A DNA stretch of 64,000 nucleotides from Podarcis erhardii (Eukaryota), in the NCBI GenBank assembly GCA_964252035.1, contig OZ176211.1; one strand, written 5' to 3'. A program made the translations under genes and the position numbers. How positions within the stretch are numbered: the stretch's first letter is position 1; every line of letters starts with the position of its first letter. This document shows positions 1 to 13,403 of this stretch, in pieces. The notes below the pieces were generated by a model. The model ran no database searches. It was given only the letters and a program-made list of their open reading frames with translations, and was not told where the DNA came from.

Positions 1-452
1 GGGTGGCTTCTTTTAAGGCCTTTCTTTAAAGTTAAGTGATGAGCTTTAAATCTGAATTGTTGGGGTAGGGAGAACTCTGGGTTTTAGGCCCATGCTGTTA
101 ACTACCATAGTATGTTAGTTATTTGATACTTAGGCAAGAGGAGTCATGCCTTGATACATCATATTTAAATAACCATTAATTTCCATATAACACATCTCTA
201 GCGCTTTCATCATTATGTTTATTTAGCACAATCAGTAAGCACCGTGCTTTACAGAATACTGCATGCAGTTGCTTCAGTTACATATCCGTAGGCTTAGTTT
301 CAGTTCATTAGGCAAATATTCTGTACATCGCTTTTAAAGTCAATCTAATTTCAGCTTTAAACAACTAGCCTGATGTGAGTGGTAGCTTTTTCCACCAAAT
401 GTATTTACACAGTTGTTCAGTTTAATTTTATTTCTCTCTTTGCCCATTTCAG

Positions 453-580
453 GCGTTGATGCTGGACCTATGAAGTTCATGATCAGAACTGCAGAACATC
501 CCTCCCAGCGGCTCAGCAAGCTACCATTTATTTTTAATTGCTCCCCACAGTGGAGGCCAATTAAGGATGAAGACAGCAGG
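453..580 (+). other. Candidate + strand exon, possibly of a lncRNA antisense to the mir-138-1 strand
   Basis: Strong acceptor ttttatttctctctttgcccatttcag| and donor AGG|GTAAGG. One frame is open, but no product is recognised. Confidence 0.35.
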
Positions 581-1201
581 GTAAGGATCACTCACAAACC
601 CTTTGAAGGGCACAGACTAAGCATTTGCTTTGCCGGAAGGCTGCCATTAACACATTTCATTTGTGCAAGAATGCAAACACTTGGACACACACTCTGTAGT
701 ATTAAATGCAGTACAGTTCTAATTCAACTAAGTTTTAGTGCAGATGGCAACAGAAGTGACAGAATATCACCCCTAGGTTATAAACTTTGAAAATTAGATT
801 TATTTTCTTTATCCCTCCCTCTTTCAGCAGGAAGCACCTGCTTTAGACACTCTAATAAGACTCTCTGTCTCTCTCTGTCTTTCTCTCCCTCTCTCTCTCT
901 CCATATAAATACTAGGTTTTCAGATTAATATTATAGCAGGAAATTAGCATTAGTTCTCCTTACTGTTTGTTTTTATGGTAAAGAAAGGATTTCCTTGTCA
1001 TTTAAATTTTAATGAATTGCGGATTTTAAAAAAAATATTCTAGGTATTTATAGACTGCCTGTCAATAAAATTCTGAGTGTAAAATTTTGAGAAAATATAA
1101 TTTTTCCTAAAATAACGACACAACAGTGGTTTGCAGCCACTTTAGGTTTAAATGGGGAACTATATGGTATGTACATATAGTAGCAAGTATATATAGTATG
1201 T

Positions 1202-1446
1202 ATATAAAAAGTAAAGGTCAAGGTACCCCTGGCCGTACGGGCCAGTCTTGCCAGACTCTAGGGTTGTGCGCTCATCTCACTTAAGAGGCCGGGAGCCAGC
1301 GCTGTCCGCAAACACTTCTGGGTCACATGGCCAGTGTGACATCGCTGCTCTGGCGAGCCAGCACCAGCGCAGCACACGGAAACGCCGTTTACCTTCCCAC
1401 TATAAAGCGGAACCTATTTATCTACTTGCACTTAAGGAGTAGGGAA
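1202..1446 (-). mobile_element. 5'-truncated Sauria-type SINE
   Basis: Reversed (ACCTTT)n tail and a body homologous to the 19.6, 29.5 and 40.6 kb copies. 13-bp direct repeat ATATATAGTATGT at 1189-1201 and 1447-1459. Confidence 0.88.
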
Positions 1447-2161
1447 ATATATAGTATGTTGAAATGTAGATTTATTCTGGTTGTGATTAATTTTCTTTTA
1501 AAATCCATTTACACAGGGAGAGTTTGAATACATTAAACTATTACTGATTACTCAGTGAATAGATTAAACCACAAGGAGTTTCAAAGAGCTTGTGTCTTTT
1601 AAACTTCATGAGTACACAGCAGGAATTTTGAAACTTTTGTTGCAGAGAAGCTAAATTTAGTTTCAATTTATTCACTTCACACCCAAGCTTTTCCATCTCT
1701 GCACAGCTATTTTATGTGTGGCTTTGTGCAGTAGAATAAATATAGGTTAGAGTGAACCTCCTGTATTTTAATTTCCCCTAAAAAATAGTACATGCTGTTT
1801 GGTTGTGATGTTCTTTAAAATAAATTACACTCTTTTCTACCCAGATAACAAGTTGTATATCGTGATTTTAAGATCCTGGGTAATTGTTGCTCTTGTCTTA
1901 ATGTGGCATAATAGGTTTTTTGTTTGTTTGTTTATTTGTTTGTTCTTTTAATAGTTAAGACCAAATGTATTTGAACATTAAGTATATTTAAGTATGCTTT
2001 GTCTACTTATTGCCCAAAATGCATCTATTTGAAGGCTTGTAGTCTAATCACTGTATGAGCATAAACTTGTCAGACTGGCATAAGAGTCCCTCCCTGCTGT
2101 CAGGTGAGAACTGGATGACATACAAAACTGGTGCTCTTTGCCTCTTCCCTGGTAAGGAATA

Positions 2162-2395
2162 CAGTGGTACCTCGGGTTATGAACTTAATTCTTTCCGGAG
2201 GTCTGTTCTTAACCTGAAACTGTTCTTAACCTGAGGTACCAGTTTAGCTAATGGGGCCTCCCGCTGCCGCCGCCGCACAATTTCTGTTCTCATCCTGAAG
2301 CAAAGTTCTTAACCTGAGGTACTATTTCTGGGTTAGCGGAGTCTGTAACCTGAAGCGTATGTAACCTGAAGCGTCTGTAACCCAATGTACCACTA
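2162..2395. mobile_element. Tc1/pogo (Tigger-like) MITE
   Basis: TA|CAGTGGTACCTCGG left TIR, degenerate right TIR, internal (T)AACCTGAAG repeats. Confidence 0.85.
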
Positions 2396-3399
2396 TGCTT
2401 GCTTCTTTGATTGGAATGAACTGATCCACTAGTGTTAGGAAAGGCCATGCCTGCCCTCTTCTCCTGTAATCAGGACAGATCCATGAGATAGGGAGCTTGC
2501 TGCTCTTTGTAGGACTTGAAAGGGAAAAGTATCATCCATAAATGATAGGGTACATATTTTGGTAATTTTAAAAAACCATTCCAATTCCCTGAGGATGTAA
2601 ATCCTGATTTGTCTTGATATTACTGCAGGAATTTACTGCTGTGAAACATGTTTCATGTCCAATTTTGAAATGTTGGTCTCAGTGTTAAATGTCCTTTCCT
2701 CCTGAAGATATGGATGCTATTTCTGGAATCAAGGTAAATGCAGCCTTCAGTGGAACATGGAATCTTTCTGAAGGCATTAGCATGGTGAGCATAAAAACGC
2801 ATTTGGAACCTTGCTGTGACTGGAAAGGCTCCCTGTGGAGGTGCTCAGAACTCTCTGCATATGTAATCCATCTTTCTGTCTCCCACAAGCTTCCTGCGTT
2901 TGACTGACAAGTCACTAACTGGCTGGAGTCCAGTCAATGGAAAAAGATCTTCCTGATTTACGCAGCATTGTTTGCTCTGCTAAGATAAAACAAAACTCCT
3001 AGAGATAAGAGACAGTAACTTTTGGGTCATATGCTTTCTGCATATCTGCCATTATGTGGATAATAATGCTTAGTCTAAACCATGTGGAGAGTATTTGGCA
3101 AAACTTTTAAATGGCCGAAGCCTCAAGAAGTATGCATTAAAAATACATATTTAAAACAAAGATAAAACAACTACACACAATCAGAGAAGCATCTCTGAAT
3201 ACTCCACAAAACTGATGATTTTAGCATATACACTTTGACAATCTTAACAAATGCAAAATGATACATAATAACCTCTATCACTTAGACTATTGTCCGCAAC
3301 TAAAAAGATATATTGTAACAGCAGCAGTGCTGGTCTGCAAGGTTTATAGAAAGGGAAGAGGGAAGGAGAAAAAATTAAATTAAAATGTTTACTTCATGC

Positions 3400-4600
3400 A
3401 TGTCAAACTGTGCTGTAGATGTAGACCATAGGCATCGTTCTACCATATGCCTCCCTGTTTGTATAATCTATAAAATCGCCCCAGACTGGATAAAAGTTAA
3501 TCATATTCCCCAGGCCTCTTGCTATCTTACATTTCCACGTCAGTTTCCCCAGTAATGCTACCTGCCAGACTGCACTAACCACAGGTCCATGGTCAACAAT
3601 TGCAATGATTTCCATGTCCTGGCAATGGTCATTCTTGCCCTGGTTAACATATGTGTTATGAGTTCTTTGTTTCCAATTTGTGGCATATCCTGACTATACA
3701 GTTTAAGCAGAGCCAGCCCTGGAGTCGTGGGTACTGTCTGCCTCGCAATCAAAGACATCTCTATGAAAACATTTCCCCAGAACTTTTGTTTTTGGACACT
3801 CTCACCACATGTGTCAGTATGTCCCTTTAGTAGGACACTCTCTCCAACACCAGGTAGAACTGTTTGGGTTTATATATGCTAGGCATCTAGTACCACTTTA
3901 AACCTAAAGGAGGATGCATATTGGTGTTGCTTCCAGAAAGTGCAGTTTGCCTCTGGTATTCATCTACATGCCCAGGACAGAAAAGTATGGGCAGAGTACC
4001 TTTGTCTCAAACCTCTAGGGCATATGAGATTAGATTGCTGAACTAGAGATACTACAAAATTTAGCCATGGTATCCTCTGAATTATGCCCCCAAGTCTCTT
4101 GAGGGTGCTGTCTAGTTCATGGGGACCTTCTCAGCTGCAGACAACTTCTGTCCAGTCCTTCAGACACACTGACCTTCTAGTAATGATAGATTGTGTTACT
4201 TTGGTATTGAAAGGACCATGCTTTAAGACCTGGACTCCCTCTGTGGTGTAAATAGGTGAATAAACCATAATTCTTAAAGCCATGACAGTCTCTGCCGTGT
4301 CTTCCATTCTGCAAAGGAATACAAACCCTGTGGGGATGCCTGGGACCCCATAGTCTCTTGCTATTGTTCGGCAGAGAGAGGGGCAGACACACGACTTTTG
4401 TAACAGTATGTTACAAAAGCACAAACTATTGATCACATTTATGACTCTTTCTAGGAAGGCTGCCCTGATGCTGCTAAGGTTGGGATGGAAGAGACGCTCA
4501 CACCATGAGTGAGCAGATAAAATATTGGGGCCCAGTGTTTGTAGGTGGCCAGCTGTAATATGGATTGATAAAAAGGTGGGGCCGGTGACTTTATTGTTCT
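3400..4600 (-). mobile_element. Old, decayed L1/Tx1-like ORF2 C-terminal fragment
   Basis: Minus-strand pieces HMWWECP, ITHMLTRARMTIARTWK and WQVALLGKLTW...FYPVWGDFIDY fit the L1 ORF2 C-terminal pattern, with many frameshifts. Boundaries approximate. Confidence 0.7.
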
Positions 4601-7600
4601 CCTGCCCAAATCACTTGTACCAGTCTATCTGTGAGGTCAGAATAATGTGCATTGTTATGCTAGTGTTAAATCAGGATTTGTGATATCATGTTGGCAAGAG
4701 CTGTAGATCTGACTCCCAGCCAATACATTTTCTTTGGTTACAGGCTCAGCTCATCTTTGGCAGTTACAAGGTAGCTAGTTTTGTGAACAAAAGACTGCAG
4801 CTCTTGTTTAGCTGTAAGGTGCTGTGTCTGCATTGCTTAATTATGAACCTGCAGTGCAGACAAAGGTTTGAATCACTTTCCCTGGCTTTTTACTGTAAGA
4901 CAAGCTACAGGTTTCCAACAAATCCAGCATTCCTTTTAGAAAAGAGCGAGGGGTTATATTGCTCTAGGTGGTGTGTGCTACTTTCTTTTAGGAATTGTTA
5001 GCTTTCTGCAAATTATCTTAATGTACTGCCTACATAGATAAAACATGTGGCGTCTGGTTAATAATTTTCTGCAATATAAAATAAAGACCCTTAATATAGA
5101 GTAATATCTATGCTATTATGAAAATGTTTCTCATTTTAAAAAAATCCCCAAGGAGTACAAAGGGGTTAGTAAGAATACTCTTTACAGCTGAATTTTATTG
5201 CTAAGAGCTTCAATGTGGCAAGTAGCTTATGTAGTGTGTCAACATAAATTGTTGTCCACTGTTGTCTCTGAAATTTGGGTGAAGATTTATGGAATTATGC
5301 AAAACTATTATAAATGTAATAAAATATTGAAGCAATAAAGTAGACAAAACTACCAAAGTATGGAGCAAGATGTTGAATCGCTTAATTCTGATCTGACTGC
5401 ATTTATATTGCTTTTAAACATCTGTAACACAGTTTGCAAACATTAATATGTGTATGCACTTAATTTTATTCACTTGGAATTTATGTCAGAAGTCTGAATT
5501 TTGTCGTTGAGTACAGTATTTTTTTTAATCATCCTTGTAGCACTTTTGGAGAGTGCGCCATGAGTCGTGTTTGACTAACATATCTTTCAAATAACCTTGT
5601 GAGAGGGGCTGAGCAGAGGCTATCATGTGATTTGTGGCTTGGGTGGGGATTTGAACATGGCCCTTGAATATGCAAACACTACACTCTATCCACTGCATTA
5701 TACTGCTTTTGTAATTAGCATGATTGCTTTATCTTGTCTTCCAGGATATTAATCATTTTATGCTATTTGAATACATCATGGAAAAAAATATGCCCATTAA
5801 TTAAAATAGGTGCATAATATGGCAATAATATCTCCCTTCCCCCCAAAGTAGAGCAAAAACTGAATTGTTATGCATGCCAAATTGTTATCCTGTTTTTGAT
5901 CTTCTGTCGCAGTGTGCAGATTGTAACATTCTTTAGGAACCCAGAAAAATGTAGAGAAGTGGTCAAAGCAGAGTAAGGCTTTATTGTTGCATCAGTTTCA
6001 GTATCAGTCAAGTCCTTTGAGGTTTTTCACATCACCAGCACCCCACCACAAGAATCCTGTGGCAGATGTATGTATGTGTGCTAGCCTCTCAAGTTCAAAT
6101 ATGCACTAGCTTTCTCAGTGCTATACTCTAACCTGTAGAGATCTCAAGCTTTTATAGTTTAGTATTTATATATGTTTATAATAGGCAGTTTCAGGCTAGC
6201 ACGGACTCAGTGCACTAATCTCAACCTTTTCAAAAGACTTTTGAAGCTGTGGTGCTTTCCTGTTTTATATACCAATTGCTCTGGCAAATACCACGTGTTT
6301 AATATTAGCATATAAAAATGTGCATACCAGACAATATCTCAAAGGAAAGAAAATGAACTGGGGAATGTGTGATGTGCGCACAAAAGAAACATCTGTTAAT
6401 AAAAAATGGACCATTTGTTCACATAAAAGCAAGGCGGCAAGTCACAGAACTATATAACATTCCCCCATCCTCAAGTGAATAATTTTGCATGTACACAATA
6501 TGTACATAAGCCAGCCCAAGGCTGGAAATGAAAAGTGTTTTGTGACCAGTGCTAAAAATATTTGGACGTTTCCTTTAAAATTAATAGCGTAAAGCCTTGG
6601 GGCACTTAATTGTACAAAGTCTGAGGATAATGTGGGCTATTCATTTCCTTTATCCTAAATACCCAGTCATGCTTTTAATTCTTAGATATACTGTGTGCCC
6701 TTTCCAATATAATCAGCCTAATTTGTCTTCAGCTGCAAGCAAGTAAACCAAGCTTCATTTGGTTAAGCAAGCTAAGCAAAAACATTTTAAAATCCCCCTC
6801 ACCCCACCCACCCACATATAGGTAAGTCAACAAGCACGCTCAGGAAAAATGTGTGATCTTGGGATTTTGGTTTGTGTGTGTTCAGGCAGAGGAGCAGAAC
6901 TGCCTTTCATAAGGAAGCCAACATTTCCTGCCTTATGTTATCTGTGAATATAACTAGCATTTCTAACTTGTAGTTTGGATACTCCCTATCTAATGCTGCT
7001 TATTTCATAAATCAATCAGACGGATGCCAACAATAGTAGTAATAAATATCAATATAATTCCTATGTCTTTCTTTGACTGTTTGAACATGCCTATTAGCAT
7101 TCTTTATCCTTTTGACTTTTCCTTTCTCTTTGACTCATGCTTCGTTCAGAATTAAAGGATCTGAAAAAAATCGAGGGGCTTGTGCAAGATAATTAACTCC
7201 CATTGATGATAAGAGTAATAATATTATAATTTATTTAAATAAATAAAACATAGCAGTACTTTGAAGAGGTGTTGATTTTCTTTCTGGGCTTTATGATTTG
7301 GTGGCTGGGGGAAAAGGAGAGGCATTTTCATAGCAGTCTTTTGTAGTACCTAGCAAATTTATTGTGGCATACATAAGTCCACTTCTTTGGATGCACTTGC
7401 AGGTACATATGTACTTGGTTGGGTAGAATTATGGACAAACATACCTAGAGCCACTAAATGGCATCTTTCTTGGAACAAAGGTTGATCCAGATTGCTTCCA
7501 GGTCTTTTTCTGCAATCACAACGAGGGAACCACCAGAAGGCCCTCAGAGCTGGACCTCAGTGTCTGGGCTGGCGTTGAATGGGGGTAAGTGAGGCAGAGG

Positions 7601-8456
7601 CCTCTAGCCAGAAATACCAGAAATGTTCTTGTTGTGGGGAGGTGGGGGGGGGGTCTAGAAAGGATAGGGAATAATTGTAGAACAGCAGCAAGAACAGAAA
7701 TGTAGGTGACACAATATATTTCAAGCTTTTTATTTGCACAGACAGACATAGCCGTACCTCTGCATTTAATTGAATTGTAGCACATCTTAACAGCTGGGAA
7801 AAGATCAGGGAAGAGGCAGCCAAGGGCCTAGAGAGGATAGAGGGAGAGTTTATTTCATTTAATACTAGAATTCTGTGTCATTCAGTATCACTGATGGGGA
7901 AGATTTAGCACAGATCATGGAAAGGGTTTCTTCCTGTAACTATTTGTGGAATTCGCAGGCACAAGTTGTGATGAGGACTACCAGATTGGAGGGCTGGGAC
8001 GGGGATTACACAAATGCCCAGAGACAAGGAGAAGAAATCTGTCTCTGGCTATGAAGACTCTATACAACCTCCAGGTTCAGAGACATCATGAATTCCACCT
8101 GCTAAGAGGGCAAGCAACAGGAATGGGCTATTATTTCATTCATTCATTCATGAACCCCATAAGGCATTCTGAAGTTAGTGACAATCTAATCTCGTTTGCT
8201 ATTGGACCAGATGGGCCTTTGCTCTGGTTTTTTTGGGGGGGCAGACACAGACCACCTTCTGGTTCTACACAAGAATGTCATCTCTTGTGTATCTTGTGTG
8301 CACACGTGCAAAGCCTCTGTACATAGTGGCACTTACTTCTGAGTAAGCCTGCATCAACTTGTGCTGCATGGAATTTAAGAGCACAATCTCATATGTTTAC
8401 TAAGACGCAAGTCTCAGTGTGTTAAATGGGGCTATCTCCCTAGTGTCTGTATATAG

Positions 8457-8709
8457 CAGGAGTAGGCAACCTAAGGCCCGGGGGCCAGATCCGGCCCAGT
8501 TGCCTTCTAAATCTGGCCCACGGACGGTCCGGGAATCAGCGTGTTTTTACATGAGTAGAATGTGTGCTTTTATTTAAAAAGCATCCCTGGGTTATTTGTG
8601 GGGCATAGGAATTTGTTCATTCCCCCCCCCCCACAAAAAAGTCCGGCCCACCACATGGTCTGAGGGACAGTGGCCTGGCCCATGGCTGAAAAAAGGTTGC
8701 TGACCCCTG
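8457..8709 (+). mobile_element. Non-autonomous hAT MITE (family A)
   Basis: CAGG...CCCCTG termini and a perfect 8-bp TSD GTATATAG (8449-8456, 8710-8717). Homologous to 21866-22117 and 28406-28653. Confidence 0.92.
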
Positions 8710-9904
8710 GTATATAGGATTGCAGGTAGCCTAAAACTCCTTTGTGGTATGCAATGTGTCCCTCCACCTTCCTTTCACCTCTAAAATTATTTCAGTTCTT
8801 CTACTAGAGCAAACAGATGAAAAGGATGAGTGTCATGGCTGTAAACGAAGACTCTGTGTCAAACAGGCAAAGCCAGGAACAACTCTTCAAGGGAGGAAAA
8901 TTGCTCACATTTTTATTGCTAAGGCAGAAGGCAGACACCTTAATCACCATCTTTCTCTGGGGAAATAAACAGTCTGCCCGATTTATTTATTATATTTTCA
9001 CTTGTGTCTCCTGGTTTTATCACTGCCATGCCGTTGAAAGCGCCATTGTGCATTTCGATGACATTATCTTTACCATTTGAAGGCCCGTATAGAGAAGCAG
9101 CAATAACATGCTGCCTCTGTCTTGTGGTGACCTCAATTACACATTCCTTCCTGTTCTTTGCCTGTTGGAGATGGTGCATTCGCTATCATGTAACACACCT
9201 GCCTTCCGATAGCCGAGAAGGGGGTTGGGGTGTAACTCAGTCTTATTATTATTTCTTTTGCTTCCTTTGTTTTCAGCCATTGGGCTGGCAAACAGTGTCT
9301 GCAGCTATTCAAGTCATTTATGGGATTTAATTTTGTAAAAAAAGATTATTATTGATACATTTCTCTACCATTCTGAGACGTTTCCCCCAACAAACAGAAA
9401 GAGGATTACAGTGGGTGCTAAGCAATAAAGGCCTAGTTAGCTTAAGGTACCTTCAGAGACCAATTTCAACATAACCTTTTGCTTTTTAGATCCAAGAATT
9501 TGGACATTCCCTTCTGTTTTAAACCTATGGAGCTGACATTTACTGAATTGGACCATTGATCTCCACTCTAGCCTGGCGGCATCATCTATCTAAAAGCAGT
9601 GCTGCTCCATATAGATGAGCCTCACCTTCTCCACCCTTCCTGCTCTCTGACTTCCTGATGCCAGGCACTGAGACCCAGACTTTAGAGCATGTGCCTAAAG
9701 GCAGAGGTTCCCATTTAACTCCCTCCCCACACTTTAAAATTGCTGGCGGCCTCAGCAGATCACTTAACCAATCCCCACACTTCCAATGTCAGCATATTTG
9801 TCTAAGCTAGAGCCATATCACATAAATCACAAGCCAGGCTGCTGAAAAGGACCTCTGTCACTGGCCAATTTTTAATGAAAAATTAGACTGCAATAACACC
9901 ATAT

Positions 9905-10368
9905 TATGGAAATCACATAGGGCAGGAGGGCCTTGTTGGCTTGTTTCATAGGCTCTTCATTGGTGGTGCTAAATGTTTGTGTGAGCAGACGGGGCTTGTC
10001 GACCCCGGGAGGTAGACCATCTAGGAGAAGGTAAACTCCTAAACCTCCACTGCCTTGTGGGACATCTTTGGGAGAAAAAATGGTTAAGGAGTAAACCCTA
10101 CACAAATCCAGAGTGGAGTCCCTAAGATGGTTGGATGGCACCTTGTACGCCTCCTTCTCCTGCAGCCAAGCTGGTGCCAAACGTATTGCTCTGCTTTCCT
10201 TTGACCACATCAGCAAGGCCGAGAGGGAGGTCTTGTCATCTGGGCAGCCCAGGACCTCCATACATACTTGCGCCCTGGGGAGGTCACTTCGATGCTGCTA
10301 ATGCAGCAGTTTGACTTCACCTCCAGAGGCACACTCCATTGCCTCTTAAGACAGACAGATGCCAACAA
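9905..10368 (+). mobile_element. RTE-LINE-derived non-autonomous repeat (5'-UTR part plus short 3' end, no ORF)
   Basis: CTAGGAGAAGG.AAACTC...AAACCTCC.CTGCCTTG...GGAGTAAACCCT RTE-type 5' UTR signature. Homologous to 37080-37564 and 55580-56165. Ends AGACAGACAGATGCCAAC. Confidence 0.7.
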
Positions 10369-11490
10369 GTTGTGTGTGCATTAAATCTAGGCCAGCAATT
10401 GAGGTGTCCTGTGGGTGTGATTGGCTCAACTTCAGTAAGGCCAGTAAAGTGTTCTGAAACCTGTATGGTATATGATAGAATTAGTCATGTCGATGTCTCC
10501 CCAAACTGATGGATAATCCATTTATTTCCTGGTTTTTTAACTGTCACAACAAAATCAATAACAATATGAATATAACAATATAATTTCACAGGATAGCCTT
10601 CTCCAACCTTGTGCCTTCCAGATGTTGCTGAACCACAACTCCCAATGTACCTTACCCCTGGCCATAGTGGCAGGGGCTGATGGGAGCTGTAGTCCAAACA
10701 ATCTGGATAGTACCTGCTTTGGGGGAAACTGAAGTAGGGCATATGCAACAGGAGCAAGACACAAATGTGAGACATAAAACATTAATACAGAGCAATAAAA
10801 TAATGTTTCCAAATGTTATCACAATTCGCTCTACTCTTAGGAGCAAATTACAAATGAGTACAGTTAGCTTTATTTTGCAAAAGGTTTGGCTTTTCTTGAA
10901 CAAGGCTTGGCTAATTTGTGGGCCTCCAACTCCCATCATCCCTTGCCACTGACCATAGTGGCTGATGGGAGTTTTAGTCCAACAATATTTGGATAGTTAC
11001 AGGGTAGCCACCTCTGGTCTACTTTAAGGGAGGTGTGCTCATATCCAAATAACATTTAAATACAAAACACCTGTATTATTATTTTTTCAGTAAAAGAGGA
11101 TTGAGAATTGATGTCCGAAGGGAAGTTCATATTGCTTGGTAACAGTAATGATGCTTCAATCTGACTCCATGATTAAAACTTTTTTCAAAAAGTGAAAATT
11201 GGGACACAAAAGTAGTTGAGGTTTTTGTTTTTTTTTTGCAAAATCTCCAAAAAAAGAAGTCTTTTACCTATTTTTTTAAATGAAAATCGCCCAAAACCAA
11301 CACTTTTCCTGGACATTTTTGCTGCTTTTAAAAAATTCTGCCCAGAGGCCATTTTTGACAGGCGAATCCCAGCTATGTCCAGAAAATTCCGGACGTATGT
11401 CAGCCCTGGTATTACATCATTCAGAACCTGTACAGATTAGGGAGCACGTTTAAGTAAAAACAAATCCTTTAACAGTAATATAAATTAACA

Positions 11491-13207
11491 AGATTGAAAC
11501 TTTCCTTGTTAGGCCGAATTGGTGCTATTAAGATGAATGTTTTGCCAAAAATGCTGTTCTTATTTCAAACATTACAGATTGTGGACAAAACAGAGTGCTT
11601 TCGGAAGTGGCAGAGAGATATTTCCAAATTTGTCTGGCAGGGCAAAAAGCCCAGAATTAAGTTTAAGATATTAACTGATGCGAAAGAAAGAGGGGGCTTT
11701 GCCCTGCCAGACTTAAGGTTGTATTATGAATCAGCAGCTTTCTGCTGGTTAAAAGACTGGCTACTTCTTGAAGACACTGATGTATTGGATTTGGAAGGTT
11801 TTAACAATGCTTTTGGTTGGCATGCATATCTATGGTATGACAAGGTTAAGATTAACAAGGTTTTCAAGAACCATATTGTCAGAAAAGCAGTGTTTAATGT
11901 CTGGACAAAATACAAAGACTTACTGGAAAATAAAACTCCAAGGTGGCTTTCACCACTGGAAGCGAAGGCCCGAAAAAGACTCAGTATGGAGGCCAATTGG
12001 CCAAAGTATTGGGAAATATTAGAAAAAGATGGAGATAATTGGAAATTGCAGAGTATGGATAAAATGAAAGATAAAGTGCGAGATTGGTTACACTATGCTC
12101 AGATTAAGGAAGTTTTTAAACTTGACAAAAAGTTAGGATTCCAGGTGGAAAAATCGAAGCTGGAAACGGAATTGTTAGAGCCTAAGACTAAGGTACTTTC
12201 AAGAATGTACAACTTGCTGTTAAAATGGAACACACAAGATGAAACGGTAAAATCGGCCATGATAAAGTGGGCACAGGACATTGGGTATAATATCATGTTT
12301 GAGGACTGGGAAAGGTTGTGGACCACTGGGCTGAACTTCACTGCATGTAATGCTTTGAAAGAAAATGTTATGAAAATGATATATAGATGGTACATGACCC
12401 CAGTCAAACTTGCAAAAATATACAATTTGTCCGATAACAAATGCTGGAAATGTAAAGTAAGCGAAGGAACGTTCCTTCAACTCTGGTGGACCTGCCCTAG
12501 AGTGAAGGCTTTCTGGGAAATGATATATAATGAGCTGAAAAAGGTATTTAAGTATACCTTCCCTAAGAAACCAGAGGCCTTCCTTCTGGGTATTGTCGGC
12601 CAGAGGGTGTTAAAGAAGGACCGAACATTTTTTATGTATGCAACAACGGCAGCAAGGATACTCGTCGCCAAGCACTGGAAAACCCAAGATCTACCCACAC
12701 TGGAAGAATGGCAGATGCAACTGATAGACTATATGGAACTGGCCGAGATGACCGGCAGAATTCGAGACCTGGGAGAGGAGACCGTAGAAGAAGACTGGAA
12801 GAATTTCAAGATTTATTTGCAAAAATATTGTAAACTGTATGAAGGTTAAGAAGGATGCTAGATTATAAATAATTTGGCTCCATTAAAATAGATGAAATGA
12901 ATTATGAAGATAAGTTAAATTTAGGAAAAGACAAATTTTGGGTAACTATTAGGCTAAGCTTAATTTTTCAAGGTACGAAATAAACGTATCTAAAATTTGA
13001 GATACAACATTGGAAAATTAGATAATAAGGATGGAAACAAGGTGATAAATTGCTGGTTTAAGTTTTATAATTTGGAACGCTGGAGCGGGAGATGTGAGGA
13101 AGTCCAAAGAAGATAAGAAAATATGTTATGATATGTACTATTGTGTTTATTTATTTGTATTGTAATCAAAAAACCTTTAATAAATATAAACAAAAAAAAA
13201 AAAAAAC
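11491..13207 (+). mobile_element. Young 5'-truncated L1-clade LINE: open C-terminal ORF2 (11494-12849), 3' UTR and poly(A)
   Basis: Uninterrupted 451-codon frame with L1 post-RT motifs ([15 protein letters not shown]; GG..LPDL..YY; CWKC-x8-Q-x4-C). AATAAA at 13179-13184, then poly(A). 18-bp TSD CAGTAATATAAATTAACA at 11473-11490 and 13208-13225. Confidence 0.95.
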
Positions 13208-13341
13208 CAGTAATATAAATTAACAGCAGCCAGTTGTTATTTCCTTGTTATAAAGCATACACAATGAAAATGGGTCCATCCAGCTTTCCTGTCCTGGAGA
13301 AAGGAGTTTTCTTGCTGAGAAAGTTGACTGTGGCAAGGGGC

Positions 13342-13403
13342 AACCCTGGTGTTGTGAAGTAGCCGTTCTCTTTTTGGCAACGGCCTGATTCACAACACCA
13401 GCT
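13342..13403 (-). ncRNA. MIR138-1: pre-miRNA mir-138-1 (miR-138-5p at 13381-13403; 3p arm at 13342-13363)
   Basis: The reverse complement of 13381-13403 is AGCTGGTGTTGTGAATCAGGCCG, the canonical miR-138-5p. The loop reads TTGCCAAAAAGAGAACG and the 3p arm GCTACTTCACAACACCAGGGTT; both match the -1 paralogue as I recall it (GCTACTTCAC...) rather than -2 (GCTATTTCACGAC...). Basal UG at -14/-13 (13417/13416) and CNNC (CAAC, 13326-13323) at +16 are present. Confidence 0.97.

Noticed and set aside
11494-12849. The longest ORF (451 aa) as a host protein-coding gene
   Set aside because: It has L1 ORF2 motifs, no true ATG start, a poly(A) tail and an 18-bp TSD, so it is a truncated retrotransposon.
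13342-13403. Assignment to mir-138-2
   Set aside because: The loop and 3p arm (GCTACTTCACAACACCAGGG) fit the -1 paralogue.
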